Source: Thermosulfurimonas dismutans
GTDB taxonomy: Bacteria > Desulfobacterota > Thermodesulfobacteria > Thermodesulfobacteriales > Thermodesulfobacteriaceae
Direction of reading: 5' to 3'
DNA length: 32,000 bases
NCBI RefSeq assembly: GCF_001652585.1
Contig: NZ_LWLG01000002.1
Span: 243,506 to 275,505, forward strand
Shown piece by piece: positions 15,596 to 25,145 of the stretch. The notes below the pieces were generated by a model. The model was not told the DNA's origin, ran no database searches, and saw only the letters and a list, made by a program, of their open reading frames with translations. Each line of letters begins with the position of its first letter. Within the stretch, counting starts at the first letter, position 1. The position numbers and the translations under genes were made by a program.

Positions 15596-16813
15596 ATGGC
15601 TCTTTGGCTAGAATTGGCGCAGGGCGTCATCCTCCCGCTGAAAAAAAAAGAATTTCGGTATTTTTTCTTGGCTCAGAGTCTTTCTCTCCTTGGCCGGTGG
15701 GTTCAGACTACTGCCCAGCGTTGGCTTCTTTATGATCTTACCGGCTCCACTACTTACCTAGGACTTTTAGGGGCCCTGGGTTCCTTTCCTATTTTGCTTT
15801 TTTCCCTCCCAGCCGGTGTCCTTACAGATCATCTTTCCAAGAAGAAGATTTTAGTCTCGGCACAACTAATCGGAGCCTTCATGGCAATGCTTCTGGCCCT
15901 GCTAACCTTTGCAGGGCTGGTGCGTCCCTGGCATATCCTGACCCTGGCCTTCGGCTTGGGTATAGCGGTTTCCCTGGAATTCCCAGTAAGAAACGCCTTC
16001 ATTTACGAAATAGTCGGCAAACAAGATCTAATTTCAGCACTTTCTCTTCACTCTTTGGCCTTCAATCTTTCCAGATTTCTCGGGCCAGCCCTTGCCGGAT
16101 GGCTCATGGGAAGTTTGGGGTTTGGTTTCTGCTTTTTGTTTAACGCCCTGAGTTACCTTCCGGTGGCCGGAATTATCCCCTTTATAGAACTCAAAGAAAA
16201 TCAGAAACAAAAGTCGGGAAATCTTCTACTTTCTCTTAAAGAAGGTTTAATCTATGCCTTGAGACACACTCGTATAAGAGGAATCCTTTTGCTAATAGTG
16301 GGAGTTAGCGTGGGCCTCTTCCCTTACGCCATTTTACTTCCGGCCTTGGTAAGGGAGGCCTACCAGGGAGGAGGCCGAGAATTCACCTTCCTAATGTCGG
16401 CCAATGGTCTGGGAGCTCTTGCCGGAGCGCTTTTTGCCGGTACCTTGGGAAGATACATTTCCCATCGAAAACTTATCTATCTTGCGGCTTCAAGCCTTAC
16501 GCTTCTAATCCTGGGGCTTTCCTTCAGCCGAAATCTTTATCTCGCGGCCGGACTGCTTCTGGCCGCGGGCTTTTTTATGGTAAACATAATCATGAACGCC
16601 AACGCCTACGTCCAGAGCCTATGTGAAGACGAAATGCGTGGAAGGGTATTAGGACTCTTTAGCTGGTGTTTTTTAGGACTTTTTCCGTTAGGAAGTCTCT
16701 TTTGGGGTTTTTTGGCCCAGAGACTTGGCACCCCGGTTACTCTGAGGATTTCCACAATCTTAGCTGGCCTTGTTATTCTCATTCTTGGCTTGAGGGGTCT
16801 TAAAAATGCTTGA
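15596..16813 (+). CDS. MFS transporter
   Basis: 405 aa with about 12 TM segments and an MFS-like loop GVLTDHLSKKKIL after TM2. Confidence 0.85.
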   Translation: MALWLELAQGVILPLKKKEFRYFFLAQSLSLLGRWVQTTAQRWLLYDLTGSTTYLGLLGALGSFPILLFSLPAGVLTDHLSKKKILVSAQLIGAFMAMLLALLTFAGLVRPWHILTLAFGLGIAVSLEFPVRNAFIYEIVGKQDLISALSLHSLAFNLSRFLGPALAGWLMGSLGFGFCFLFNALSYLPVAGIIPFIELKENQKQKSGNLLLSLKEGLIYALRHTRIRGILLLIVGVSVGLFPYAILLPALVREAYQGGGREFTFLMSANGLGALAGALFAGTLGRYISHRKLIYLAASSLTLLILGLSFSRNLYLAAGLLLAAGFFMVNIIMNANAYVQSLCEDEMRGRVLGLFSWCFLGLFPLGSLFWGFLAQRLGTPVTLRISTILAGLVILILGLRGLKNA

Positions 16814-17453
16814 TTCTCGCCTCTGGCAGCGGCTCAAAGAACGAGCTCGTAAACTTTACGAGGAAAATGGAGGCTCACATCGCATGGACCACGTGGAGAG
16901 GGTAGTAGCCCTGGCCGAAAGACTGGCCCGAGAAGAAGGGGCCGATCTCAAAGTAGTAAAGGTAGCGGCCCTGCTACACGATATCGGGCGAGGTGAAGAG
17001 GCTCGCAGCCGGGGGCGGGTGTGTCATGCCCGCTACGGAGCGGAGCTTGCTCGAAAGATCCTTGAGGAAGAAGGGCTTCCCCCGGACTTTATTGAGCGAG
17101 TGGTTCGAGCCATAAGACGACATCGTTTTCGAGGAGAAGAGTCCCCGGAGACCATCGAGGAAAAGGTCCTGTTTGACGCCGACAAGCTAGACAGTCTGGG
17201 GGCGGTGGGCATCGGTCGGGCCTTTCTTTTCGCCGGCGAGGTAGGGGCCAGGCTCCACAATCCAGAGGTGGATCTCAAGAAAACCGAACCCTATTCCTCT
17301 GAAGACACTGCCTGGCGAGAGTTCAAACTAAAACTTTCCAAGGTTAAGGATCGCATGCTGACCGAGAGCGGGAAACGGTTGGCCGAAGAGCGGCACCGGT
17401 TCATGGAGGAGTTTTTCGATCGTCTCAACCGGGAGGTCCGAGGAGAGTGTTAA
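16806..17453 (+). CDS. HD-domain metal-dependent phosphohydrolase
   Basis: 215 aa with H...HVERV and LLHDIGR (the HD dyad), plus a downstream FDADKLD. It overlaps the MFS stop by 8 nt. Confidence 0.85.
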   Translation: MLDSRLWQRLKERARKLYEENGGSHRMDHVERVVALAERLAREEGADLKVVKVAALLHDIGRGEEARSRGRVCHARYGAELARKILEEEGLPPDFIERVVRAIRRHRFRGEESPETIEEKVLFDADKLDSLGAVGIGRAFLFAGEVGARLHNPEVDLKKTEPYSSEDTAWREFKLKLSKVKDRMLTESGKRLAEERHRFMEEFFDRLNREVRGEC

Positions 17454-17731
17454 GGATTGCGGGCCCTGCGATTCAAACGATAAGCCCAGGCCAGCACCAC
17501 GGCCACAGCCTCATAGAGCTCTGGAGGAATCTCAGCAGAAAGCTCCACCCGAGACAGGGCCTCCACCAGGGCCGAGTCTTCCCGAACAGGGATGCCGTGC
17601 TTGCGGGCCACTTCAAGGATTAGTTCCGCGAGTCGTCCCTGGCCCTTGGCCACCACCCGTGGGGCCTGATCCTTTCCCTGTTCATACTTTAAAGCCACGG
17701 CCTTCTTTTCGGACACTGGCATCTCCGCCAA
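17450..17731 (-). CDS. FlhB C-terminal-domain-like protein (EscU/YscU/HrcU family, stand-alone short form)
   Basis: 93 aa: [49 protein letters not shown]...[13 protein letters not shown]. This matches the soluble C-terminal domain of FlhB. There are no TM segments. Confidence 0.8.
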   Translation of the reverse strand: MAEMPVSEKKAVALKYEQGKDQAPRVVAKGQGRLAELILEVARKHGIPVREDSALVEALSRVELSAEIPPELYEAVAVVLAWAYRLNRRARNP

Positions 17732-17808
17732 TCCTATTTATTTTTCATATTAGACTTTTTCGGAATTTTAAGCTATTTAAAAAATAACAATTCAAAAGGA
17801 GGTGGCGG

Positions 17809-18954
17809 ATGAAAATCACACTCTCCGTGATCAAGGCCGACATCGGAGGCTTTGTAGGACATTCCACAACCCATCCGGAGGTAGTTAATAAGGTCAAAGA
17901 GGTCGCCGAAGCGGGCAAAGAAAAGGGTATCATCTTGGATACCTCGGTCATTACCTGCGGGGACGATATCGCTATCGTGATGACCCACACCCATGGGATA
18001 GATGCCGAGCCCGTGCACAAGCTAGCCTGGGACGCCTTCATCGCCGGAACCGAGGTGGCTAAAAAGCTCAAACTTTACGGGGCCGGTCAGGACATACTCT
18101 CGGACGCCTTTTCCGGAAACGTCAAGGGTATGGGGCCCGGGGTGGCGGAGATGGAATTCGAGGAAAGGAAAAGCGAGCCTGTAATCGTTTTCTTTGCCGA
18201 CAAGACCGCCCCCAGCGCTTGGAACCTGCCTCTCTATGAGATGTTTGCCGACCCCATGAACACCGCTGGCCTAGTCATAGATCCTTCCATGCACGACGGT
18301 TTTACTTTCGAGGTTATGGACGTCTATTCCGGAAAGGCCATTCGGCTTAAGACCCCGGCGGAACTTTATGATCTCCTGGTCTTTATCGGAGCTACTAGCC
18401 GGTATGTGGTAAGGGCGGTCTATCGCAACTCCGACGGCGAGATTGGGGCCGCGGCCTCCACGCAGAAGCTTTCCCTTATGGCCGGTCGCTATGTAGGAAA
18501 GGACGATCCGGTTCTCATTGTTCGGGCCCAGAGCGGTTTCCCGGCCGTAGGGGAGGTGCTCGAGCCCTTTGGACGTCCTTGGCTGGTTGAAGGTTGGATG
18601 CGAGGGTCTCATACCGGGCCTCTGATGCCGGTTTCCTTTAAGGAGGCCAAACCTACTCGATTTGATGGGCCTCCTCGGGTAATTGCGGCCGGTTATCAGA
18701 TTTGTGAGGGCAAACTCATCGGTCCCAACGATCTCTTTGATGATCCGGCCTTTGATTATGCCCGCGAGCGCGCCACGCAGCTGGCCAACTTCCTGCGTCG
18801 CCAGGGCATCTTTGAACCCCATCGACTACCGCCGGAAGAGATGGAATACACCACGCTGCCCAAGGTCCTTGAAAAACTGAAAGACCGCTTCAAGGACATC
18901 GGGGAACCCAAGGCCAAGGCCCCAGGGTCCGGAGAAGGCGAGATCCACGAATAA
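17809..18954 (+). CDS. fbp: Fructose-1,6-bisphosphate aldolase/phosphatase (class V FBPase)
   Basis: 381 aa. The N-terminus MKITLSVIKADIGGFVGHS is diagnostic for the bifunctional FBP aldolase/phosphatase family. AAAGGAGG lies upstream. Confidence 0.95.
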   Translation: MKITLSVIKADIGGFVGHSTTHPEVVNKVKEVAEAGKEKGIILDTSVITCGDDIAIVMTHTHGIDAEPVHKLAWDAFIAGTEVAKKLKLYGAGQDILSDAFSGNVKGMGPGVAEMEFEERKSEPVIVFFADKTAPSAWNLPLYEMFADPMNTAGLVIDPSMHDGFTFEVMDVYSGKAIRLKTPAELYDLLVFIGATSRYVVRAVYRNSDGEIGAAASTQKLSLMAGRYVGKDDPVLIVRAQSGFPAVGEVLEPFGRPWLVEGWMRGSHTGPLMPVSFKEAKPTRFDGPPRVIAAGYQICEGKLIGPNDLFDDPAFDYARERATQLANFLRRQGIFEPHRLPPEEMEYTTLPKVLEKLKDRFKDIGEPKAKAPGSGEGEIHE

Positions 18955-18982
18955 TGAAGAGGCCTCGCCACTAGTTTAGATC

Positions 18983-19024
18983 GGCCCTGAGGGATATACA
19001 CCACGCAAGCTTTCCCTCAGGGCC
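18983..19024 (+). terminator. GC-rich stem-loop after fbp (possible terminator or mRNA stabiliser; no U-tract)
   Basis: GGCCCTGAGGGA (18983-18994) pairs perfectly with TCCCTCAGGGCC (19013-19024) across an 18-nt loop. It lies 28 nt after the fbp stop and 44 nt before the cysS start. Confidence 0.4.
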
Positions 19025-19067
19025 TAAGACTCGAAGAGGAGCAAAACTTCAAAGGAGGGCTAGGTTC

Positions 19068-20540
19068 TTGGAGAAAGTAGAATTTAAATTATATAATACT
19101 CTATCTCGCAAAAAGGAAGTCTTTGAACCCCTCGATCCTCCTCGGGTCACCATGTACGTCTGTGGGATTACGGCCTACGATGAGGCCCATTTGGGGCATG
19201 CTCGAGCGGCCGTGGTCTTTGACGTCCTCTACCGATTCCTGAAGTTCCTGGGCTATGAGGTTACCTATGTGCGGAATTACACGGACATAGACGATAAGAT
19301 TATCAACCGTTCACAAAAAGAGGGTACACCTTGGTACGAAATTGCCGAACGTTATATCCGGGAATACCAGGAAGAAATGGCGGCGCTAAAGGTCCTTCCT
19401 CCTACCCACGAGCCCCGGGCCACCGAACACATCCCGGAGATGATCTCTCTGGTGGAGAGACTCATCGAAGCCGGAGTGGCCTACGAGAGCGAGGGTGAGG
19501 TCTATTTTGCCGTAGAGAAGTTTCCGGGGTATGGAAAACTTTCCGGACGAAGGCTCTCAGAACTCGTAGCCGGAGCTCGGGTAGAGGTCTCGGAAAAAAA
19601 GAAGAATCCTCTCGATTTCGCCCTCTGGAAGGCCTCTAAGCCGAATGAACCCGCCTGGGAAAGTCCGTGGGGGCCAGGCAGACCGGGCTGGCACCTAGAA
19701 TGCTCGGCTATGAGTATAAAATACTGTGGAGAAACCCTGGACATTCACGGTGGGGGGCTAGACCTCATCTTTCCGCACCACGAAAACGAGATTGCCCAGA
19801 GCGAAGCCGCCACCGGGAAGACTTTTGTGCGTTATTTCGTGCATAACGGTCTCATCACCGTAAATGGCGAGAAAATGGCCAAGAGCCTGGGCAACTATGT
19901 AAGCGTAAAAGATATGTTGGCCCGCTACCATCCCGAGACCATAAGGCTCTTTTTATTGACCAAACACTACCGCAGTCCCCTGGATTATACGGAAAAAGGC
20001 ATACGAGATGCAGAAAAAGCCCTCTATGGACTCTATGAAAGTCTCTATTTCTTGAAAAAAGTAGCCCCTAAACGTGAAGGCGGTCTCAGCAAGTCCGGGG
20101 AAAAATTGGCCAAAGCCCTGGAAGAATTTCGTGAGAGGTTCCTTCTGGCTCTTGCCGAAGACCTCAACACCGCCGAGGCCCTGGCCGAGACCTTCACCCT
20201 CATCTCCGAGGTCAACCGTTTTCTGCCTACGGCCCGTCAGGCCTCATCAGAAGAAGCCGCCTTGGCTCAAAAAGTTATCGAAAGCCTCAGGCAACTCACA
20301 GGAGACCTTCTAGGCATAGGAACCGAAGACCCCGAATCCTTCATCGAAAAAGAGCGGGAGCGAAAGATTCAACTCAAAGGACTCGATCGCGAACTTATAG
20401 AAAGGCGCCTCTCCGAAAGAGAGGCCGCCCGTAAGAAAAAAGATTTCAAGACTGCGGACAGAATTCGGGAAGAACTAGCTGCCCAGGGCCTAACCCTAAG
20501 AGATACTCCGTGGGGCACGTTCTGGATGGTAGAGGCATGA
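19068..20540 (+). CDS. cysS: Cysteine-tRNA ligase
   Basis: 490 aa with HIGH-type AHLGHARA, KMSKS-type KMAKS, and WHLEC/CSAM Zn-site contexts. The start is TTG, with AAAGGAGGG 8 nt upstream. Confidence 0.95.
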   Translation: MEKVEFKLYNTLSRKKEVFEPLDPPRVTMYVCGITAYDEAHLGHARAAVVFDVLYRFLKFLGYEVTYVRNYTDIDDKIINRSQKEGTPWYEIAERYIREYQEEMAALKVLPPTHEPRATEHIPEMISLVERLIEAGVAYESEGEVYFAVEKFPGYGKLSGRRLSELVAGARVEVSEKKKNPLDFALWKASKPNEPAWESPWGPGRPGWHLECSAMSIKYCGETLDIHGGGLDLIFPHHENEIAQSEAATGKTFVRYFVHNGLITVNGEKMAKSLGNYVSVKDMLARYHPETIRLFLLTKHYRSPLDYTEKGIRDAEKALYGLYESLYFLKKVAPKREGGLSKSGEKLAKALEEFRERFLLALAEDLNTAEALAETFTLISEVNRFLPTARQASSEEAALAQKVIESLRQLTGDLLGIGTEDPESFIEKERERKIQLKGLDRELIERRLSEREAARKKKDFKTADRIREELAAQGLTLRDTPWGTFWMVEA

Positions 20541-21070
20541 AGGTCCCCTGGTTTGACCTCATCGCTTTGGCGGTCATTGCCTGGTTCGTCATCCGTACGG
20601 CCTGGATAGGATTCTTTCGAGGGCTTTCCTCCCTCATCGGACTCCTTATGGGCTTTGTTTTTGCCGGAAGACTTGTGCCGCACATAGAAAAAATCCTCGC
20701 CCCTTGGTTTAAGGATTATTCTTGGTTTTCCGCGGTCTCTTGGTTGCTAGCTTTTATCCTGATTTTCCTTTCGGTCTTTATTCTAGCTGAAATTTTGACG
20801 CGCCTTTTCGAGGCCGCTCAACTATCTTTCGTTAATCGATTCCTAGGGGCTCTGCTGGGCTTCGTCAAGGCCTGCGTCCTCCTTTCGGTCTTTCTTTTCT
20901 TCCTGGTAACCTTTTATCCGCAGACCAAAGAAATAGTCTCCCGTTCCAGGGTCACCCCTTTCATCTTCAAAACCACCCGGATGCTAATGGAAATCATCCC
21001 TTCGGAATGGAAGCACAAATTCAATTATCAGTGGCGACATTATTTCGGTCCTATAAAAAAAGAAGTCTGA
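20537..21070 (+). CDS. cvpA: CvpA family membrane protein
   Basis: The MKVPWFDLIALAVIAWFVIRTAWIGFFRG opening is typical of CvpA, and there are 4 TM helices. ATG 20537 overlaps the cysS stop (ATGA) and is preferred over the track start at 20510. Confidence 0.8.
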   Translation: MKVPWFDLIALAVIAWFVIRTAWIGFFRGLSSLIGLLMGFVFAGRLVPHIEKILAPWFKDYSWFSAVSWLLAFILIFLSVFILAEILTRLFEAAQLSFVNRFLGALLGFVKACVLLSVFLFFLVTFYPQTKEIVSRSRVTPFIFKTTRMLMEIIPSEWKHKFNYQWRHYFGPIKKEV

Positions 21071-21071
21071 G

Positions 21072-21872
21072 ATGGACATGTTAGGAGAAGCCTTTCAAAA
21101 ACTAATTGAAATAGTGGCTCGCTTGCGCGGCCCGGAAGGTTGTCCGTGGGATCGCAAACAGACTCCTGAGAGCCTCAAAAAATACCTAGTGGAAGAGGCC
21201 TATGAGGCCTACGAGGCCATCAATTCGGGTGACCATCGTGAGGTGCGAGAAGAACTGGGCGACCTCCTTTTCCTCATCCTTATGGTGGCCTACATTTATC
21301 AAGAAACGGGCCTTTTTACCCTCAAGGAAATGCTCACCCTTTGTGCGGAAAAGATGATCCGAAGACATCCGCACGTTTTCGGCGAGGAAAGGGCCCAGAG
21401 CGCCGAAGAGGTTCTTTCACGCTGGCAGTCCATAAAGGAGGCCGAAGCCAAGGATAAAAAAGTTGAAAGTTCGGTCCTCGGCAATCTCCCTAAAAGTCTT
21501 CCGGCCCTACAACTCGCTTTCCGACTCGGAGAACGAGCCTCCCGGGTAGGGTTCGACTGGTCCTCTGCGGAAGAGGTCCTACCGAAGCTCAAAGAAGAAT
21601 GGCGAGAAATCGAAAAGGCTCTAGAGTCAGGCTCCACGGAAAAACTTGAGGAAGAAATCGGCGACTTCCTTTTTACCGTGGCCAATCTATCAAGAAAACT
21701 AGGAATCAATCCGGAAGAGGCCCTAAAAAGGAGTCTCGAAAAATTCCGCAGACGCTTTATCGCTATGGAGGAAACTTTTCGGTCTCAGGGAAAGGAGCTG
21801 CGTTCGGTTTCCCTTTCCGAAATGGATGAAGTCTGGGAAAAACTCAAACTCCATGAAAGAACCTCTAGTTGA
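21072..21872 (+). CDS. mazG: Nucleoside triphosphate pyrophosphohydrolase MazG (tandem MazG domains)
   Basis: 266 aa with two EExxE/D-type repeats: VEEAYEAYEAI...EELGDLLF and EEIGDFLFTVANLSRKLGINPEEAL. Confidence 0.9.
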   Translation: MDMLGEAFQKLIEIVARLRGPEGCPWDRKQTPESLKKYLVEEAYEAYEAINSGDHREVREELGDLLFLILMVAYIYQETGLFTLKEMLTLCAEKMIRRHPHVFGEERAQSAEEVLSRWQSIKEAEAKDKKVESSVLGNLPKSLPALQLAFRLGERASRVGFDWSSAEEVLPKLKEEWREIEKALESGSTEKLEEEIGDFLFTVANLSRKLGINPEEALKRSLEKFRRRFIAMEETFRSQGKELRSVSLSEMDEVWEKLKLHERTSS

Positions 21873-22593
21873 AGTCGAAAAGGTAACCTTTTCCTACAAC
21901 GGAGAGATCGTTCTTGAGGAAGTTAACCTCGAACTGTTTGCTGGAGACTTCTGTGCCCTGATCGGCCCCAATGGTTCCGGCAAATCCACCCTTTTGAAGA
22001 TCATAGTGGGACTTCTCAAACCCCAGCAGGGGCGAGTTCGGCTCTTTGGAAAGGAGATAGAGAATTTCCACGAGTGGTGGCGGATAGGATACGTACCCCA
22101 GAAGGTGACCTCTCTGGTAGATCCGGTTCTTCCCCTGACGGTAGCAGAAACCGTAGGACTAGGCCTTCAGGGAAAACCTAAAAGCCACGGTTTTTCCAAA
22201 AAGGAAGTCATACTTTCGGCCTTAGAGAGGGTTGGGTTGGCCGACAAAGCGGACAAACTTTTGAGAGAACTTTCAGGAGGACAGCAACAGCGGGTCTTCC
22301 TCGCTAGGGCTCTGGTGGGTCAGCCTCAAATCCTGCTGCTTGATGAGCCCACCACCGGCGTAGATTTCACGGCTCAGGAAAGGTTCTATGAGCTTTTGGG
22401 AAGACTCAATCGTGAAGGTCTTACCATCCTCATCGTAACGCATGACATTGCGGTGGTAGATCGCCACGTGAAGCAGGTGGCCTGTTTAAACCGCAAGCTT
22501 GTTTTTCATGGAAAACATGAAGACTTTTGTAAGAACCCCGAGGTCTGCGGCCTTATACCAGGCCCTCACCACCTTATAGGACATCTGCACTGA
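21853..22593 (+). CDS. Metal (Zn/Mn-type) ABC transporter ATP-binding protein
   Basis: Walker A GPNGSGKST, signature LSGGQQQR, Walker B LLLDEP and H-loop VTHD. The start at ATG 21853 (MKEPLVEVEKVTFSY) is preferred over 21826. Confidence 0.88.
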   Translation: MKEPLVEVEKVTFSYNGEIVLEEVNLELFAGDFCALIGPNGSGKSTLLKIIVGLLKPQQGRVRLFGKEIENFHEWWRIGYVPQKVTSLVDPVLPLTVAETVGLGLQGKPKSHGFSKKEVILSALERVGLADKADKLLRELSGGQQQRVFLARALVGQPQILLLDEPTTGVDFTAQERFYELLGRLNREGLTILIVTHDIAVVDRHVKQVACLNRKLVFHGKHEDFCKNPEVCGLIPGPHHLIGHLH

Positions 22594-23363
22594 TGGACAT
22601 TTTATATTACGGCTTTTTTTGGAAGGCCTTACTCGCGGGAGTGGCCTTTGGTCTTTCAGCCGCCCCCACCGGTCTCTTTCTGATTATAAGGCGTGATAGT
22701 CTCCTACCCCATGCCCTAACCCACGTAGCCTTTACCGGAGTAGCCTTAGGCCTTCTTCTTAAAGGAACTCCTCTTTTACTGGCCTTGATAGTAACGGTCC
22801 TTTCTGCCTTCCTAGTGATGGAAATACGGGAAAGATCCGGAGTTTACGAAGATACTGCAGTCGGGATTCTCGCCAGTTTGGGACTGGCACTGGCCATTGT
22901 CTTGGCCTCTCTGGCCAAAAGTTACGACGTGAGGCTCCTTACCTATCTTTTTGGCAACATTCTGGTCTTAAACGAAAAAGAGGCCCTGCTTTCGGGAGCG
23001 ATTTTTATTCTTGTTCTGGTGGTGCTTTTTAAACTCGGAGAGGCCTTGTTCTTTATTTCCTTCGATGAGGAGTCTGCCCGCACCAGCGGACTTCCGGTAA
23101 AACGCCTGAAACTCCTGCTCTCAGCCCTTACCGCCGTGCTGGTGGTTCTTGGAATGAAGATGGTAGGCCTCCTCCTAGTCTCGGCCCTTATGGTCATCCC
23201 CGGGGCCTCGGCTTTAGAGGTGGCCAGAAGTCTCAAGCAGAGTTTTTTCCTTTCGGCCGTTTTCGGAGGGCTCTCGGTAGCGGGGGGCTTATGGTCTCCG
23301 TCTCCTTCAATCTGCCTCCTTCCGGGGCCATTGTCCTCTTCTCTGGGGGACTTTTCTTTTTGA
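22593..23363 (+). CDS. Metal ABC transporter permease (ZnuB/MntC/TroD family) with an apparent frameshift at its 3' end; the corrected ORF would end at 23389
   Basis: Multi-TM ABC-3 type permease. After the G6 run (23282-23287) the annotated frame gives the non-membrane tail WSPSPSICLLPGPLSSSLGDFSF. The -1 frame gives LMVSVSFNLPPSGAIVLFSGGLFFLSLFLKRLK*, a family-typical last helix. Confidence 0.85.
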   Translation: MDILYYGFFWKALLAGVAFGLSAAPTGLFLIIRRDSLLPHALTHVAFTGVALGLLLKGTPLLLALIVTVLSAFLVMEIRERSGVYEDTAVGILASLGLALAIVLASLAKSYDVRLLTYLFGNILVLNEKEALLSGAIFILVLVVLFKLGEALFFISFDEESARTSGLPVKRLKLLLSALTAVLVVLGMKMVGLLLVSALMVIPGASALEVARSLKQSFFLSAVFGGLSVAGGLWSPSPSICLLPGPLSSSLGDFSF

Positions 23364-23395
23364 GTCTTTTCCTGAAACGGTTAAAATAAAGTCCT

Positions 23396-24151
23396 ATGAA
23401 ACTGGTGGACACCCATGCCCATTTAAACCTCCCGGGATACGACGACCTCGAAGAGGTTATTTTGCGGGCCAAAGAAGCTGGGGTGACAAGAATAGTGGTG
23501 GTGGGTATAGATCTCAAGACCTCCAGAGAGGCCCTTGAACTTTCCGAACGCTTTCCCGGCTACATATTCGCCACCGCCGGCATCCATCCCCATGAAGTAA
23601 AGAAATTAGAAGATCGGGACTACGAGGAGCTGAAGAACTTACTAAAAAAGGCCGTAGCCTTGGGTGAGATCGGTCTCGATTTCGCCAAAGAATACTCTCC
23701 CCGGAAACAACAATTCGAACATCTGGAAAGGCAACTTGCCATAGCCAAAGAATTAGATTTGCCGGTCGTTCTACACGTAAGGGAGGCTTACCGAGAGATC
23801 TTCCCGGTACTCAAAAAATACTTGCCTCTAAAGGCCGTTTTTCATTGTTTTGCCGGAGGCATCGAGGAAGCTCGTCAGGCGCTTGATCTCGGACTTTATA
23901 TCTCTGTTACCGGCATTGTGACCTTTCCCAAAGGGGATAATATCCGCGAGGTGGTCCGCTACGCCCCCCTTGAAAGTCTCATGCTTGAGACCGACTGCCC
24001 CTTTCTCACCCCCGTACCTTATCGGGGGAAACGCAACGAGCCGGCCTATGTGCAGCTTGTGGCTGAAAAGGTGGCCGAAGTAAAAGGCCTAGAGGTTGAA
24101 GAATGCGCCCGGGTGACCACCGAGACCGCCCGTGCCTTTTTCGGAATCTAG
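23396..24151 (+). CDS. TatD-family metal-dependent hydrolase
   Basis: 251 aa with VDTHAHL, GEIGLDF, VLHVREA, FHCFAG and LETDCPFL, the TatD/YcfH metal-ligand set. Confidence 0.9.
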   Translation: MKLVDTHAHLNLPGYDDLEEVILRAKEAGVTRIVVVGIDLKTSREALELSERFPGYIFATAGIHPHEVKKLEDRDYEELKNLLKKAVALGEIGLDFAKEYSPRKQQFEHLERQLAIAKELDLPVVLHVREAYREIFPVLKKYLPLKAVFHCFAGGIEEARQALDLGLYISVTGIVTFPKGDNIREVVRYAPLESLMLETDCPFLTPVPYRGKRNEPAYVQLVAEKVAEVKGLEVEECARVTTETARAFFGI

Positions 24152-24726
24152 TCCCCCTGGTTCTGGCCTCCGCCAGTCCCCGAAGGCGGGAACTGCTCTC
24201 CCTCCTTGGGCTCGAATTTGAGGTCTTTCCTGCCGAGATTGAAGAGACCATATCTCCTGGAAAGCCTCCGGAAGAAATCGTGAAGGAACTGGCCCACAGG
24301 AAAGCTCTGACAGTGGCCAGACGATTTCCTGAAGCCGCAATCATCGCTGCCGACACCCTGGTGGTCAAAGGGAAATACCTCTTGGGGAAACCTAAAGATC
24401 TGGAAGAAGCTCGACAGATGCTTACCTCCCTTTCCAGAGCCTGGCATCAAGTCCTTACTGGGGTCTGCATCATTTATAAAAAAAAGGAAAGCATCTTTTT
24501 TACCGAAACCAAAGTCAAATTTCGCGAACTTTCCCCAGAAGAAATCGAAGCCTATCTCGCCACCGGGGAACCTTTGGACAAGGCCGGAGCTTACGCTATC
24601 CAAGGCCTAGCCTCGGCCTTCGTAGAAAAAGTTGAGGGCTCTGTCACCGGAGTAGTAGGACTCCCCCTTTCCGAAACCGTAGAAGTCCTTTTAAAATTGA
24701 ACTTGATAACCCCGGTAAAGGACTGA
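24103..24726 (+). CDS. maf: Maf-family nucleoside triphosphate pyrophosphatase
   Basis: Contains [14 protein letters not shown] and [10 protein letters not shown]. There is no canonical start near the conserved N-terminus, so I take ATG 24103 (GAGG 7 nt upstream). This overlaps the TatD gene by 49 nt. Confidence 0.88.
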   Translation: MRPGDHRDRPCLFRNLVPLVLASASPRRRELLSLLGLEFEVFPAEIEETISPGKPPEEIVKELAHRKALTVARRFPEAAIIAADTLVVKGKYLLGKPKDLEEARQMLTSLSRAWHQVLTGVCIIYKKKESIFFTETKVKFRELSPEEIEAYLATGEPLDKAGAYAIQGLASAFVEKVEGSVTGVVGLPLSETVEVLLKLNLITPVKD

Positions 24727-24731
24727 GAGAA

Positions 24732-25145
24732 ATGAAATCCGGTAAAAAAGGCCTTATGGCCGAAATCAACGTCACCCCTCTGGTGGATGTCATGCTGGTG
24801 CTTCTCATTATCTTTATGATTACCGCTCCCCTTCTTACCACCGGCATTCAGGTTGACCTTCCGGAAACTAGGGCCGGAGAGCTCAAGAAAAGCGAAAAAC
24901 CCTTCGTGATCACCATCACGAAGGAAGGAAAGATCATCGTGGGTCAACAGAGTCTCTCTTTAGATAGGCTCTCACGTTGGCTGGCCGAAGCCAAACGGGT
25001 CGGTATTGTTAAGGATGTCCAGATTCAGGCCGACAAACAGGTACCTTACGGTTTGATAGCCAAAGTCTTGGGAGAACTTGAAGCCGCGGGTATTACTGAA
25101 ATCGGTCTGATGACCAAGCCCGTTTCAGGAAATGAAAAGCTTTAA
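24732..25145 (+). CDS. ExbD/TolR-family biopolymer transport protein
   Basis: 137 aa. [25 protein letters not shown] has the conserved TM Asp. The periplasmic domain ends with [14 protein letters not shown]. Confidence 0.85.
   Translation: MKSGKKGLMAEINVTPLVDVMLVLLIIFMITAPLLTTGIQVDLPETRAGELKKSEKPFVITITKEGKIIVGQQSLSLDRLSRWLAEAKRVGIVKDVQIQADKQVPYGLIAKVLGELEAAGITEIGLMTKPVSGNEKL

Noticed and set aside
23233-23517. 94-aa minus-strand ORF spanning the permease/TatD junction
   Set aside because: It is antisense to two well-supported genes and basic and low in complexity. The interesting signal here is the plus-strand frameshift, not this ORF.
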